Source: Lama guanicoe
Taxonomy: Eukaryota
Direction: 5' to 3'
Assembly (NCBI GenBank): GCA_013239625.1
Contig: MU053911.1
Span: 486,132 to 550,131, forward strand
Length of the DNA: 64,000 nucleotides
The notes beneath the pieces were generated by a model. The model worked only from the letters and a program-made list of their open reading frames with translations, did not search any database and was not told where the DNA came from. This document shows positions 49,701 to 61,672 of this stretch, one piece after another. The position numbers were made by a program, and so were the translations under genes. The first letter of the stretch is position 1. Each line of letters starts with the position of its first letter.

Positions 49701-52409
49701 GACCGACCACGATGGCTGTGGACACACAGCTGGCTTACCTGCCTCAGTTCTGAGCTGGCCTGTCACTTTGAATTTTCACCCCTAAGACAAGTCAGTGTAC
49801 CTAATTGCAGGGTTTGTACAAACCTGTGTCAGCTGCTCAGAGCTTTCGCTATTTTGATCTTAAAACCAGAATGGAGACCAGATACTAACGGTGGAGCTAA
49901 ATTTCCACCAAGGAGCACGGAGCACGAAAGCCCCCTTCTCACCGCGAGGAAAGGAGAGGCGCGCGAGTTTAGGTCTCTGCCAGCCCGCCCCCGCTGCTTT
50001 TAGTCTCATGTCACTTGAAAACAATTTGCTATTAGATAAAATAACTCGGGGTTAAAAAAAAATAAATTATGAAGTGCTGTACGATGCTCGGGTGTAACTA
50101 GTGGTAATGACAGCACGCATGGGAGCAGTGGTCGCCTGAGCCGTGTGACTGGTGGTGCCGACAGCGTCAGCATTACTGATTCTCCACTGGGTTGGAACAC
50201 TCTTCGTGCCGGGCAACACCCACGGAACCCTTGACATCAAGTGCCTGCCTTTCGGTTTTACAAAATTTTGTAAACTGATTTACCTTTGAACAGGCATACA
50301 GCCTGGACTGTATTTCTTCCCACTACTGAACGTGCTGGCATATGTGTTTTACTTCCTGCTGACAGTGGAGAGTGAGATGGGGGAGTGGTGAATGCAGGCA
50401 TTAGAAAGTGCATTTCTTAAAAAATATCTCTAGAAAGGTCAGTATTTATTTGGGGTAACAAACCCTTCTTGAAGATTATAGAATCCCACAGCCTCCAATC
50501 ACACCTCAGTGTCATATGAGACCAATGGCTTCATTCACTCCAAATTTGGATTTGATGGGGAGAAAGAAGTAGGAAGAAAGGAAGAGGACAAAAAATCTAG
50601 GAGGAAGTTAACTGCTACCGAGGTCTGACCTGACTTCCCTGACACCACCGCCAAACTCCCTTTTGACCTGAGGAGCCTCTAGGAGCGTGTTTTACAATGA
50701 GCTTCTCTGACATCGTAACAAACTCGAATACCTATGTTGCGGGATTTCCTTGGGGTGGGAGGGGGAGGACATGAGTCATACTCGTCTCCAAGCACATTCC
50801 CACCAGCCCAGTAGACACTGTGTAACTTTACATTTTATACTTTGTTTTATGGAAATAACAGTTTGGAGAGAATTTATGAAAGCCTAAATTTGGGGGGATG
50901 GTTTTTCTAGTTATATGAAACTGAAAAAAAAAAGTGGAGAGAAATATAACCTGGCAGAATGAAGGTGACAATGACAGGCAGGAGGAAATGTCTGGAAAGT
51001 GTGAGATGGAGTCATTGGAGGCCCGCCCCTTCTGAGGACTGGGCTCGGCTCTGTCTCGCCACGGAGACTCACAGTCTTGAAGCAATGCCCGAATGCTGCG
51101 GGAAGGTAAGAACAGTGCTTACGACACTGATTTCCTTGGAAGCCGCATATCACATAGTGTATATGTGTATGTTCCATGCCTGATGGAACTGCTAGTGGAG
51201 TTAACCTTACATGGGATCCTGTGAGTCCATCTGAGGATCTGATTTCATGTGGAAGCTTCATCCACTGAAAGATGAAATAAAACAGATAAAGTGTCAAAAA
51301 TCTTCCTTCACATCAATGTTCTGTGGTTACTAAAAAGTCCTTAGAAGGATCACACTTGAACTTATTCCCTGGAAAGCTAAAAGACTCTGACAAAGGTGGC
51401 GCTGTGTGGCAGTGTGAAGTCTGCATGCTTCGTGGGATCCTAGTTTCTGAGGCTAGTGATTTCCATACCACACATACTCAGTTTTGTAAACATATATTAA
51501 GAAAATAGGCTTCACTACTCAGTTGATACTTGGGCAGAAATTTTCCTGTATATTTACTCTAATTTTTAAAGAATTAAATGTATATAACCATAAAAAGGTT
51601 CTAGCACTAACACATTTTCTTAACACAAAATAAACTATGATTTAGGATTATTGGCACTTTGTTAAGCTTGCTTGTCTGTCAGCTTCTTTTATATGGCATT
51701 TAGTGGTTAAATGTTATTGATTTAAGTTAAAAACAAATCACTTGGAGAAAGCTAAGTTCATTAGAGTGTGTTTACCCATCGCTCCTTCCAAGTGTGACCA
51801 GTAACTGACGCATGTCAACTGCTTTGAGAGAATTCACTCGGCTTAACTGACCTTATCTGATACTCACTGTGCTCACTGATCATCTTTAGGTCTGACAAGG
51901 GTCAGAGTTAGCTGACGGCCTCTCTCTAGTTTATTCCATGTCAGAAATCTTAATTCTGTACTCCTCTGTCTTTTGGAAATGGACCAACTGCCCTAGAAGT
52001 TGTTTTTGCAGAAAAAAATTCCTTTTAAATTTAAAGTTTAAAAATGTTAGGAAATACTTTTCTTAGTCTTGACTAAATGATGGAAGGCAGTGATTAATTA
52101 GGAGATAGATATATATTTATATATATTTGCCAAACAGTTAAATTAAGTATTAATGGTCACCATTCAGGACAACAGATGCATGTTCTTGACCTGAGCTGGT
52201 TTACCTAAAACAATAATCATATTTATTTTATTTCTTCTTGTATAGTAACTCACTGAAATCCTATATTTTAACTTTATGAAATAGGCTAATTCATACTGTG
52301 TTAACAAAGTTAACCAATCTCAGTGACTTATTGACAAAATATCTTGTCCATTTACCAAAAAATGTGTGCAGGTCAAAGATTTCTCCAGAGAAACTGCTTT
52401 CCCAGCAGT

Positions 52410-52636
52410 GGTCTAGTCTGCTTCCATCCCGAGAATGCACAACAGCAGCACAAACACCTTGGCAGAGGTTGAAAGAGAGAACGAGAACTCATGTTTCAGC
52501 TCAAAGTGATATGTATCACTACTGTCCAATTGGCCAGAACCATCACCTGGCCCCAGATAACTGCAAGTGAGGCTGGGAAAGAAAGCTTTTCTGTCTGACC
52601 AGAAGGAGGAAAAGGAAATGAGACAGAGAATCAGCA
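52410..52636 (-). mobile_element. Old MaLR LTR fragment (MLT1J/K-like)
   Basis: ccaattggccagaaccatcacctggccccagataactgcaagtgaggctgggaaa is typical MLT1 antisense phrasing. Confidence 0.5.
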
Positions 52637-54130
52637 AAAATCCTCAGCAAACCCCTAGCAAATCAAATCCAGCAACCCATAAAGGGATAGTACCTACTTC
52701 CAAGTAGGGCTTATCCAGGAATGAAGGACTAGTCCAACACTAAAACTGCAACGTAATCCACCTTATTAACATAATGAATAGGGAAAGACATGGACATTTC
52801 ACAGAGGCAGAAATTCTGACCAAGTTCAGGATGATAAAAGCTCTCAACAAATTAGGAATAGAAGGATACTTCCTCAGCTGGAAAAAAAAAAAGATATCTA
52901 CAAAAAAAAAATCTATAGCTAACAGGATAGATTGAATTGTTCCCCCATAAGACTGGGGAAAACCAGGGCTACGCTTACGACCCCCATAAGCATCACACTG
53001 AGGGTCCCGGCCAGCACAGTAGGGGAAGGAAATAGTAACAGAGAATTTAACACGGAAGGAAGAAACAACACTGTCTATTTGCAGATGATGCCATTTTCTT
53101 CCTTAGAACATCCTACAAAGTGTCAGTGAACAAGCTATGAAAAGTAACGTTCCAGCTCACCAGTTCCCAGGATATGGAGTCAGTGTGAAAGTTTCAATCA
53201 TATTTCAATCATGTACACTAGCAACAAACAATTAAAATTTGAAAATTTTAAAGTACTCAAAATATGAAACTCAGGTACAAATCTAACGAATTATGTTAAA
53301 GATACATATGGTGATAAAATAAAATACCGATGAAGTAATTCCATAAGGACCAAAAAAAAAAAAAACCAGAGAAAGAGACAGAGACACCATGTTTATAATT
53401 GGAAAAACTCAAAATTGCTTAGATGTCAGTTGCTTCTAAGTTGATTTATAAATTCAAAACAATTCCAGTCAAAATTTCAGCAGGATTTGTTGTAGAAATT
53501 GAGTAGCTGTTTCTAAAAATGTATGTAAAAAGACAAATCAATAGTCAAGCAGTTTTAAAAACCAAGTTAAAGGATTCACTCTCCCCAATTTCAAGACTTA
53601 TGACAAAGCTATGTTAGTCAAGTCAGAGTTACAGCAGCATGAAAAGAGACACACAGACAGATGGAGCTTAGCGCACAGCTAATGTCTGTACATAAAGGTT
53701 TACTGCAACACAGTTTTCCTAACAATCACCAAAAGCTGGAGCCCACCCAGCAGCTCGCCCGGTGGGTGGATGGACGGCGGCATGCAACGGTCGGTGCTCG
53801 TGTCAGCAACAGGAAGCATCCAGGCCACGGCGGGGAGGGGTCCCAGCAGTTTTCTAAGGTAAAGAAGTCAGATTCCAAAGGCCACGTGTTACACAGCTCC
53901 ATTTTGAAAAATGCAAAATCCTAAGGATGGGAAACAGATCCGCCGTTGCCAGGGGGTTCGGGTGGGAGGAAAGTCTGACTTCAAAGCAGCGGGGAGCTTT
54001 TTGGGTGACAGAGCTAGTCTACATCTTCATTATGTGACGGTTACGTGACTATGCATTAGTCAAAACCCACAGAAATGTAGCCTAAAGAGATTGAATTCCA
54101 CCATACGTAAATTTTAGCTTCATAAAAATG
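52637..54130 (+). mobile_element. Old L1M (L1ME-type) ORF2 pieces and 3' end
   Basis: aaaatcctcagcaaaccc..gcaaatcaaatccagcaac, ctatttgcagatgatg (LFADD-like), caagacttatgacaaagct, 3' end gttacgtgactatgcattagtcaaaacccacagaa. Confidence 0.8.
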
Positions 54131-54174
54131 TAAATGTGTATTCTCGAGGGCTACGGGTATCAATGACAGCACTT

Positions 54175-54370
54175 AGGGCTAATGACTCAGTCTTAGAGTC
54201 AGACAACTTGGGTACAAATGCCAGCTCTGTCTGTTTTGTTGGCACTGTGCTCAGTGTCCTTGCCTCTCAGTGAGGGTAATAATCACACCTATGTCGCAGG
54301 GTGGGAGAAACAATTAAATGAGATGGCACGTGACAAACACTTGGGGCAGTGTCTAACAAGCAGTTTATCC
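54175..54370 (+). mobile_element. MIR SINE
   Basis: gtcttagagtcagacaacttgggtacaaatgccagctctgtc...taataatcacacctatgtcgcagggtggg...attaaatgagatggcacgtgacaaacactt. Confidence 0.65.
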
Positions 54371-54469
54371 CCAGCCAGTGTCGGCGGCGGTCAGGGCAGG
54401 CTGCTCGCATGTGCTCAGCGTAGGCTGCCCGCTGTGAGCGGCTCTCATCTCGTGTCAACTGTTTACGTT

Positions 54470-55040
54470 TATTTTAAGTACCTGCAGTTCGCCAAGCACC
54501 AGAGGGAGTCAAACACACAGCTCTTGCTCTTGCGGTTTATAATCTTGTTGGAAACATGAGTCAGGCCCATTACAATATCTAATTAGCCAAGACCTCCCTC
54601 ATCTGTTCTGCAACATATGCAGCAGTGATACTGCGTCAAGACACTGCATGGAGTCTTTGGGTACCGATGTGGCCTCAAGGTGGCTTCATCCCAGAGGGCA
54701 GTGCGCTCTCCTTGTGCAGGTAGATATGCGCTCAGACCGCAAGTCACTAGTGTACACAAAAGTGAAACAGCAGCAAGAGGAGTAGAACCTAAGTGCTGGG
54801 GGAAGAGATGGACAGATGGACAAGGAAAAAAGGCCTTTCTTGCAGAAGATTGTCTATGTTTGAGTGTTGAATGTTCTGGACAGACTAAATAGGAAGAAAA
54901 AGGAAACTGTGACTGGGGACAGCAAATTGTTGGAGGAATTCTCCTGGACCAGTTGGATTTGGAATCAGGCTAACAGAGAGGAAAATATTATGGATAATTT
55001 AGAAAAAAGGAGGACAAAATTGTGAATGGTTTGCAGTAGA
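54470..55040 (-). mobile_element. L2 remnants
   Basis: aagtacctgcagttcgccaagcacc...ctcttgctcttgcggtttataatcttgttgg; gattgtctatgtttgagtgttgaatg. Confidence 0.45.
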
Positions 55041-56104
55041 AGAGAACGTCTTAAACAAAAATGAACAGAGGGTATGTGGCATGTTGCCGCGTCTCTGTGG
55101 TGTCCTGTGGGTACCACATTCTTGTGTCTATTGTTTTGAAAATAGAAGCCTCTGCCCCTCCTCCTTGCACCAGAAGTCCAGAAACATCAGCTTCAAAATA
55201 GTGTGCGAGCCCCCGTGTTGATCGCCACTGCATCTCGTCCAATAGTTCCTCACATAATTTTGTTGCAAGCAATTCAGTATTTCTTCCCACTGATGCATAT
55301 AGCTCCCTTTGGCTCACCGAGCAGAGACCGCAGGGCCCAGACGCCAGCAGCTTTCACATTGCCTGACATTCTGGTCACCTCCCACACTGTCTCAGAGCAG
55401 TCTTGTCCAACGAGCAGAAAACAAAAGGAATCTGGATCCTTCCAAAAAAATGAGCAGAGAATTCTAACACTAAATGCACGTGACTGTGTATGTAGGGGTG
55501 GGGCCAACAGGCCAGAGGACATCTGTACACTTAGAAGAATGTCACATGTGGACTTCCACGTGGGAACGACTGTCAGTTGGCTACTACAAGTCAAAATAGA
55601 GCTTGGCTTATACTGCAGCTGAAGAAATGTGTCTGCAAACACAAAACGAATTGCTCTATTAGAGGAGTAAGCTGTTTGTATTGTTATGAAGGGAAGACTT
55701 TAGTTTTTGGTTTCACTCTCTGCCCCAGGCCACCTCCACAGAGAAGATGTGGGAATTTGGCAAATGGTTTCACTTCTTGGGGCCCTTTGCAGAAAACAGA
55801 AGAGCAGGTGGGACTGAAGTTGTGTTTCTCCTCAGCTCCAGGTTTCCCACATCCGGACACTCCAGGGCAGGGAGGTCATGAGAGAGTTCGTGTGAGGATC
55901 TGGGCTGTCCTCAGCTCTTGGCCATGGCTCAGCTAATGGTTGCTCCTTTTCCCCAAAGTGTTAGGTAGGTAGATGAGTGGGCAGGGAGAAGGCTGAGAGG
56001 AAGGATGGTCTGGAAGATGGCGGTGTGTCCACCTTCAGCATAAAGTGGCTTTACTTCCTCTAAATGAGCCCAGCAAAAAGCTGGTTAGAACTTGCCATTT
56101 GCAG

Positions 56105-56497
56105 TTGCGCGGTAGCGACGAGGACCCAAGCGGACACGACTGGATGCTCACTGCAGTATAATCAGCATTGCAGTTTAGCCCCACCCCAGGGGGTTTCTAT
56201 GTGCATCATGGGCAAGGACATGCACAAAAGGGGACGAGCACGACTAAGCGCTCCAGGGACAAGAGCTGTCAATCAATCAAGAGACCACCCCTAAGCCAGG
56301 GAGTAAGAAGATGGGGTGGGCAGAGACCCGGCTCTCGCCCTCGGGTCAGCCCGCCTCCCGCTGTTGGTCGTGCACTCTCCCTTTGCTAATAAATCCTTTA
56401 AATCTTTTGCTCCACAACACTCCATTTCCCGTCTGAGATCTTGTCTCTCAGGTAAGACAAGAACTGGGGTCTCTTCACTTCCTCTTTTGAGGTAGCA
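56105..56497 (+). mobile_element. ERV1-type solo LTR (subfamily unresolved)
   Basis: Ends ...gaggtagCA; AATAAA at 56388-56393 after ctctccctttgct; U5 inverted repeat tcttgtct/agacaaga. 5' boundary uncertain, no TSD identified. Confidence 0.6.
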
Positions 56498-57107
56498 GAA
56501 GCAGCCCCTCAAATTCCCTTTCTGGCCTTATCAGTGTACCAGTCTGCAGAGGGGTCACTGACAAGGTGCACGACTAACTCCAGAAAAGGGAAGAATTACC
56601 ACAGCAGGAAAGGGGCTCGGCCCATAGCCCCTCAGTGCCGGCTCGTCTGGAAAGAAAGGACGTGAGGAAAGTACTGGAGTCCACTGCAACACAGTGTAGG
56701 AGAAAAGTGAGGGTGAGCTGGAAAGGTCACCCCCCGGGTCCTGAGGGCTGAAGACCGCAGGGAGCCCGTGTCCCACCATGTCCCTCCGGGGCCCCATCAC
56801 TGCAGCCCTGTGAGTGTCCCCATGGCCGGGTGCAGGACGGTCCCACTGAGAGAGCTCACCTCCGGTACTCGGGTCACAGTAAAGTACCAGATGTCGCAAT
56901 ATTGGCCTACCCTTTATGAGCATAATTAGGAACACATCCTTCTATTTTCAACCCTGCTGTTGTATTTTTAACTAAATGTCCCAACAAGCTCCCTGTGTGT
57001 ACAGGGAAATAAAAACTCAAGTTCCCCATGGATTCTCGCAATATGTTGTAGCCCACCTCCTCTGGTTTGAGGGGAGAAGCAGCCTGACCCCGCACGGGAC
57101 CTGTGCC

Positions 57108-57583
57108 TGTGGCTCTGACCCTGGGCTCCGTCTCCTGGGCTCAGTCCTGCTGGGTCTGCACCTTTTGTAAAAGAATGTGGCCCGGAGCCTGAAATAGACA
57201 GGGGAGACCAGTCTCAAGGCTCTGACCTTGAAGGGGAGAACACTTTCCCATTCATACAGAGATGAAAAGTTGCAGAACAGAGAATAGCATTTGTCTTGTT
57301 AGAGGTTTACAGGAACACCATGGCCTGCCCGACGTGGGCAGCTGCAAGAACAAAGGATTCTGACGCCAAGAAGTTTGCAACAACCAACCACACCCCTCCC
57401 CTCTTTTAGTGTAAAAGGAGCCTGAATTCTGACTTGGGGAAGATGGTTTTCCAGGACCTTAGTTCCCCATTTTCTTGATCTGCTGGCTTTCCGAATAAAG
57501 TCATTCTTCCTTATCCCAACACCTCGTCTTCCGATCTGTGGGCCTGCTGTGCGGTGAGCAGAATGAGTTTGGACTTGGTAACA
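57108..57583 (+). mobile_element. MER41-like ERV1 solo LTR (cetartiodactyl type)
   Basis: ctgcaccttttgtaaaagaatg..gcctgaaa..tctcaaggctctgacctt; TATA-like tgtaaaag 57410; AATAAA 57494-57499; terminus gagtttggacttggtaaca. 5' boundary approximate. Confidence 0.75.
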
Positions 57584-58419
57584 CTCTGAGGTGGGTCATA
57601 TGCAAATGACAACACTCTGGCCGTAAGTGCTGCCAGGTTTACCAAGACAGAAGTCAAGCCACCAGAACAAAGCTAGTTTTTCATCACAAGGAGCCAAACT
57701 GCCAGTTTGAAGTTTTGAGGGAGACAATCCTGGGAAAGAAGCACCCTAACAGGACTTAAACCTCCTGTCAACAACAACAGCTCTTGCCCTACGAGACCTC
57801 TCAGTTATTGAAGGGAAAAAACAAAAACAAACCAAAATTCAATTTGTTTCTGAAAACCCAGTTAAAAGTATGAAATTCAAAATAATTTAAAAATCCAAAG
57901 GGATTAAACCTCTGGCAACGCCACATGGTTAGAGGGACCGACGGACTGTCACAGACCAACAGCTTGATGAACCGCAGACTTTGTCAGAAGACAGGACACA
58001 AAGAAAACTGCCCCTGAAGCAGAGACTTCGAATTTGAAAGGGGCGCATGTTTCTCACAAGTCAAGGGCGAAATTGTGGGAAGATTACTTCCACTGTGGCA
58101 AGATTAATTCTAAGAGCAAGTATACCTTAAAATAAGAAGTGCATTTTCAGTCCAGTCAGCTGCTCCTGTCCAAACTTCCGGACGGCACGTGCATCTTGAG
58201 GGCTGTCAGGTTCAAGGACACAATGACTTCGCATCAGGAATATATTTTTTGTTCTCTATTTTCTTAGGAAAGAAATCCAAGGGGAGCAGGAGGAGAAACA
58301 ATATTTTAAAGTCAAGTTCTCTTCAGAGTCTCTCATGGAAATACACTGGCGCTGTGTCAGCCAAGAGAGAGGCCAGAAAGGGAAGAGCAAAAGTTGCTAG
58401 CGAGCGTTCCTTTCGAGAC

Positions 58420-58945
58420 CTCCGGCCCCAGGACCCCTCACTGAGGTCGAGCTCGGGGCTGATCCCCGCCAAGAGCGGAGGCCCCGTCGCCGGCCGCCCC
58501 GACGCGCCGGTGAGGCCTTTCCGCGCCCGAGGACGCCAGCACAGGGCGCCCGCCTCCTCGTGCGGGGCGGCTCCAGACCGAAGGCGCGGACTCCCCGCTC
58601 TCCGCGGCTGCTGAAGAAAGTGGCACTGGCCCCAGTGTTTTCTCACCAGTATTGGGTTGCCCTGTTGCAGCCAAATTTTACGGTTGCAGAAAGCGTTAGC
58701 AAACCAGGCCAAAAAACACTCTTGACTGTGATTTAATATGAAATTGGACATTGCGTTTCCAAGTCTTGCCATCACTGCAATAATTATTTGGCTTATTGTA
58801 GTTTGCATGATGACTCCGGGAGTTTCCATTTTTCAGAAAAGCAGTAGCGTCTGATAATAAACAAATACAGCTGCGGTCCAAATAAACAGCTTCTCCCGCC
58901 TGCGCGTGCGCACACGCGCCCCGCCTCAGCCCAGCACCGTCACTT
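58420..58945. promoter_or_regulatory. Candidate enhancer/promoter: CpG patch plus TF motif cluster
   Basis: CpG-dense 58420-58612; GGGAGTTTCC (NF-kB consensus) 58818-58827; two AATAAACA forkhead-like sites near 58856 and 58881; TGCGCGTGCGCA (NRF1 consensus) 58901-58912; adjacent CCCCGCC GC box. Confidence 0.5.
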
Positions 58946-59165
58946 CGCCCACGGAGTGAGCTCGGGGCTTAGGGAAGTCACACAAATGGTGTGGACTTTC
59001 TGCTTTCAAATCCCCCCATCCTTGAGGTGAAACCGTCTCCTTCTCTTCGTCTGCATATTAAATGTTATTATAGATAATCATACATGTTATACACACAGTA
59101 TATAAAATTGTGTAACCTGAATCATGAAATATTGTGAACAAAATTGCTATCAGAATATTTTTACT

Positions 59166-59535
59166 CCATGCCATATGATATCATTCATATATGGAATCTA
59201 AAAAAAGAAGAAAGAAGACACTAATGAATCATCTAAAGAACAGAAGCAGACTCACAGACATAGTAAACAAGCTTAGGATTTTCAGGTGAGGAAAGGGGGT
59301 GGGATGGGGTAAGTTGGGAGTTAGAGATTTGAAAATATTAACCACTATATAAAAAATAGATTATAAAAGCAAACTCCTATACAGCACAGGGAACTATATC
59401 CAGTATCTTGCAGTAACCCATAATGAAGAAGACTATGCAAACAAACACATGTATGTCTACACATGCATGACCAGGACGTGATGCGGTACACCAGAAACTG
59501 ACACGCAGCTCACCGACTGTACTGCAATGAAAAAA
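59166..59535 (+). mobile_element. Young L1 3' fragment
   Basis: L1 3' UTR with A tail. 14-bp TSD with 1 mismatch: agaatatttttact (59152-59165) / agaatgtttttact (59536-59549). Confidence 0.92.
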
Positions 59536-60959
59536 AGAATGTTTTTACTGGACATTTCGAGGTAAGTGATTGCTGATATCCGTTGTTTTGCCTGCATCCT
59601 GGTATTCTTAAATTGAATTATATACAAAACCCCCTTGGTTACAAAATAAATCTTTTTACAAATTGTACTCACCACACGACAAAACACTTATCCCCGTATG
59701 AGAGATAGTAACAGTGACATTTTATGAAAAATTATCAGGTAATTCAAAATAGTGTTACCCAGAGGGCCCAGAAGTTAGTGTTTGTCTATTTTTCTGAGGC
59801 ACACACTTTTCTCTTTTGGATAATTCCTAGTTCCATAACAGTTTTGCTGGGCTCCAGGTGTCAAAGCGATATCCTTAAACAGAAATGAAACTTCAAGTGC
59901 ATAAGATGGACAAGCATTCTTTCTTTCTGAGCAAAAAGACATGAAATCAGGTTATCTCTGAAACTCCCAGGGGGTCGGAGACGTGCAATACAAAGACAGA
60001 GACTTCCCGAGACCGGCCTCCCACGGCCGCCGTGCAAACAACAGGGAGGTGCACCCTGACCTACTTTGCCCACATGGCAGCTGGACGCCATGTAGCTGAG
60101 TCTATTTTGGGGATAAAATTATTGCTAAATCAGAGTACCCTTCATGACCCAATCTGGGAACTGGAATTGCTCAATGTTCAGCAGTCACTAGAAATGAACT
60201 TTCTGCCTATGTCTAAATACGTAATGATAAAATTGCAAGCAGGAAGTTCTAATTTGTGTTTACGGCAAAGACCAAGATAAAACTACCATTCATGCTATAC
60301 TGCTGGGCCAGTATACTGCATCTCATCAACTTTGCCAAAACTTATTGCTCACGACAATTTTTCTAGCAAGTATCCAGCTGACGTTTAAGTGAAATGATGT
60401 GAGTTTTAATGAGATAATACCAAATATTTTCTCCTAAGAAAAGGAGATATTAGAACCGGGACTGTGACTGATTATTAGAGAAAGATAACGTGCAGAAAAT
60501 TGTCCTAACCTTGGAGCTGTGTAAAGACAGAAAGGGCTGTCCTGGGAAACAAACAAGCCGTTGTGCTTGGAGAGGACGAAGTCTTCTGTCCAAAACGCTC
60601 AGTGGACTTTGCAGGACCTTCTGGCCCCGACCTTGCAGCAGGTGGCCTCACCACATGCTCGTGAGACCCCTGTGATTGCCACGTTTCAATGAGTACCTGG
60701 AATAGCCGTTCACAAACTGCTCTTGTGTCTCATGATAAAATAAGTATAAAAATGATGCATATATTCCCTTTGGTTGGAAATGTAATAGTGTGTATCTGAA
60801 AATTCAGGGCTCTGGAAAGTTGTGCAGTGAAGAAACCTGCCCAACTTTGTCTAACCCAACTATGTTATCCTTCACAAAACACCCAGTAGGGCAATGTCAA
60901 ATTAGGAGGTTTTCCTTCTTAAATCTAGCTGGCATGTTTTTGTAAGATTCTTCCTCAGA

Positions 60960-61672
60960 GAAGCTCAACTTGTATCTCCTTTTGCACAAATTCAGATTCT
61001 GAGACCATCGCTCAAGTCCTCACACATTTTTCCTTTCCCAGCTTATCAGTCCATTCTTTAAAAAGACCATTTTTCAGTGAATCCCAATTTTTCCCCTTCC
61101 ATATCTTTTGCATACATTTTCTTCCACTTTGGAGTGGCACGCATCCCACAGTTTTCATTTTCAAGTCTCAGCTCACATCCCAACTAATTTTTTGAAATTC
61201 CCCCTCCTGTGACCTCAGGTCACTCTGGCACGGTGGAGAATCTATAGTGTTATCTTAATCTTTAAATTCCTTTTCCTGGAATGCTCTTTCCTCCCTCCCT
61301 CCCTCCCTCCCTCCCTTCCTCCATTTTCCCCTTCTTTCACTTTCTCTCCTTTCTTTCTCTCACATTTGTGCTTATCTTATCTACCCAAATTGATTTTACA
61401 CTACGTACAGAAGGTCTTAAAGTTCATATGGTCCCTAGAATGGCAGCATGTTGAGGTATATGAAACATACCTTCTTTTGTCGTGGAATTCAGAGTCATAT
61501 AAGCATACGAATTGCACAAAGAAAGCCAGTCTTTCAAGAAAAAATAAACAACAATTAAAAAGTCTCCATTATTAGTATTGATGTTAGCTACATTAACAAC
61601 ATGAAGTGTAGGTACCTCGTGTGTATTCAGTAACTGTCTGTTGAATGAGTGAATGAATAAATGAATGAATTA
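60960..61672 (+). mobile_element. L2 3' region with (TCCC)n tract
   Basis: ttttcctggaatgctctttcctcc, caagtctcagctcacatc; ends tgttgaatgagtgaatgaataaatgaatgaa (L2 tail). Confidence 0.55.
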
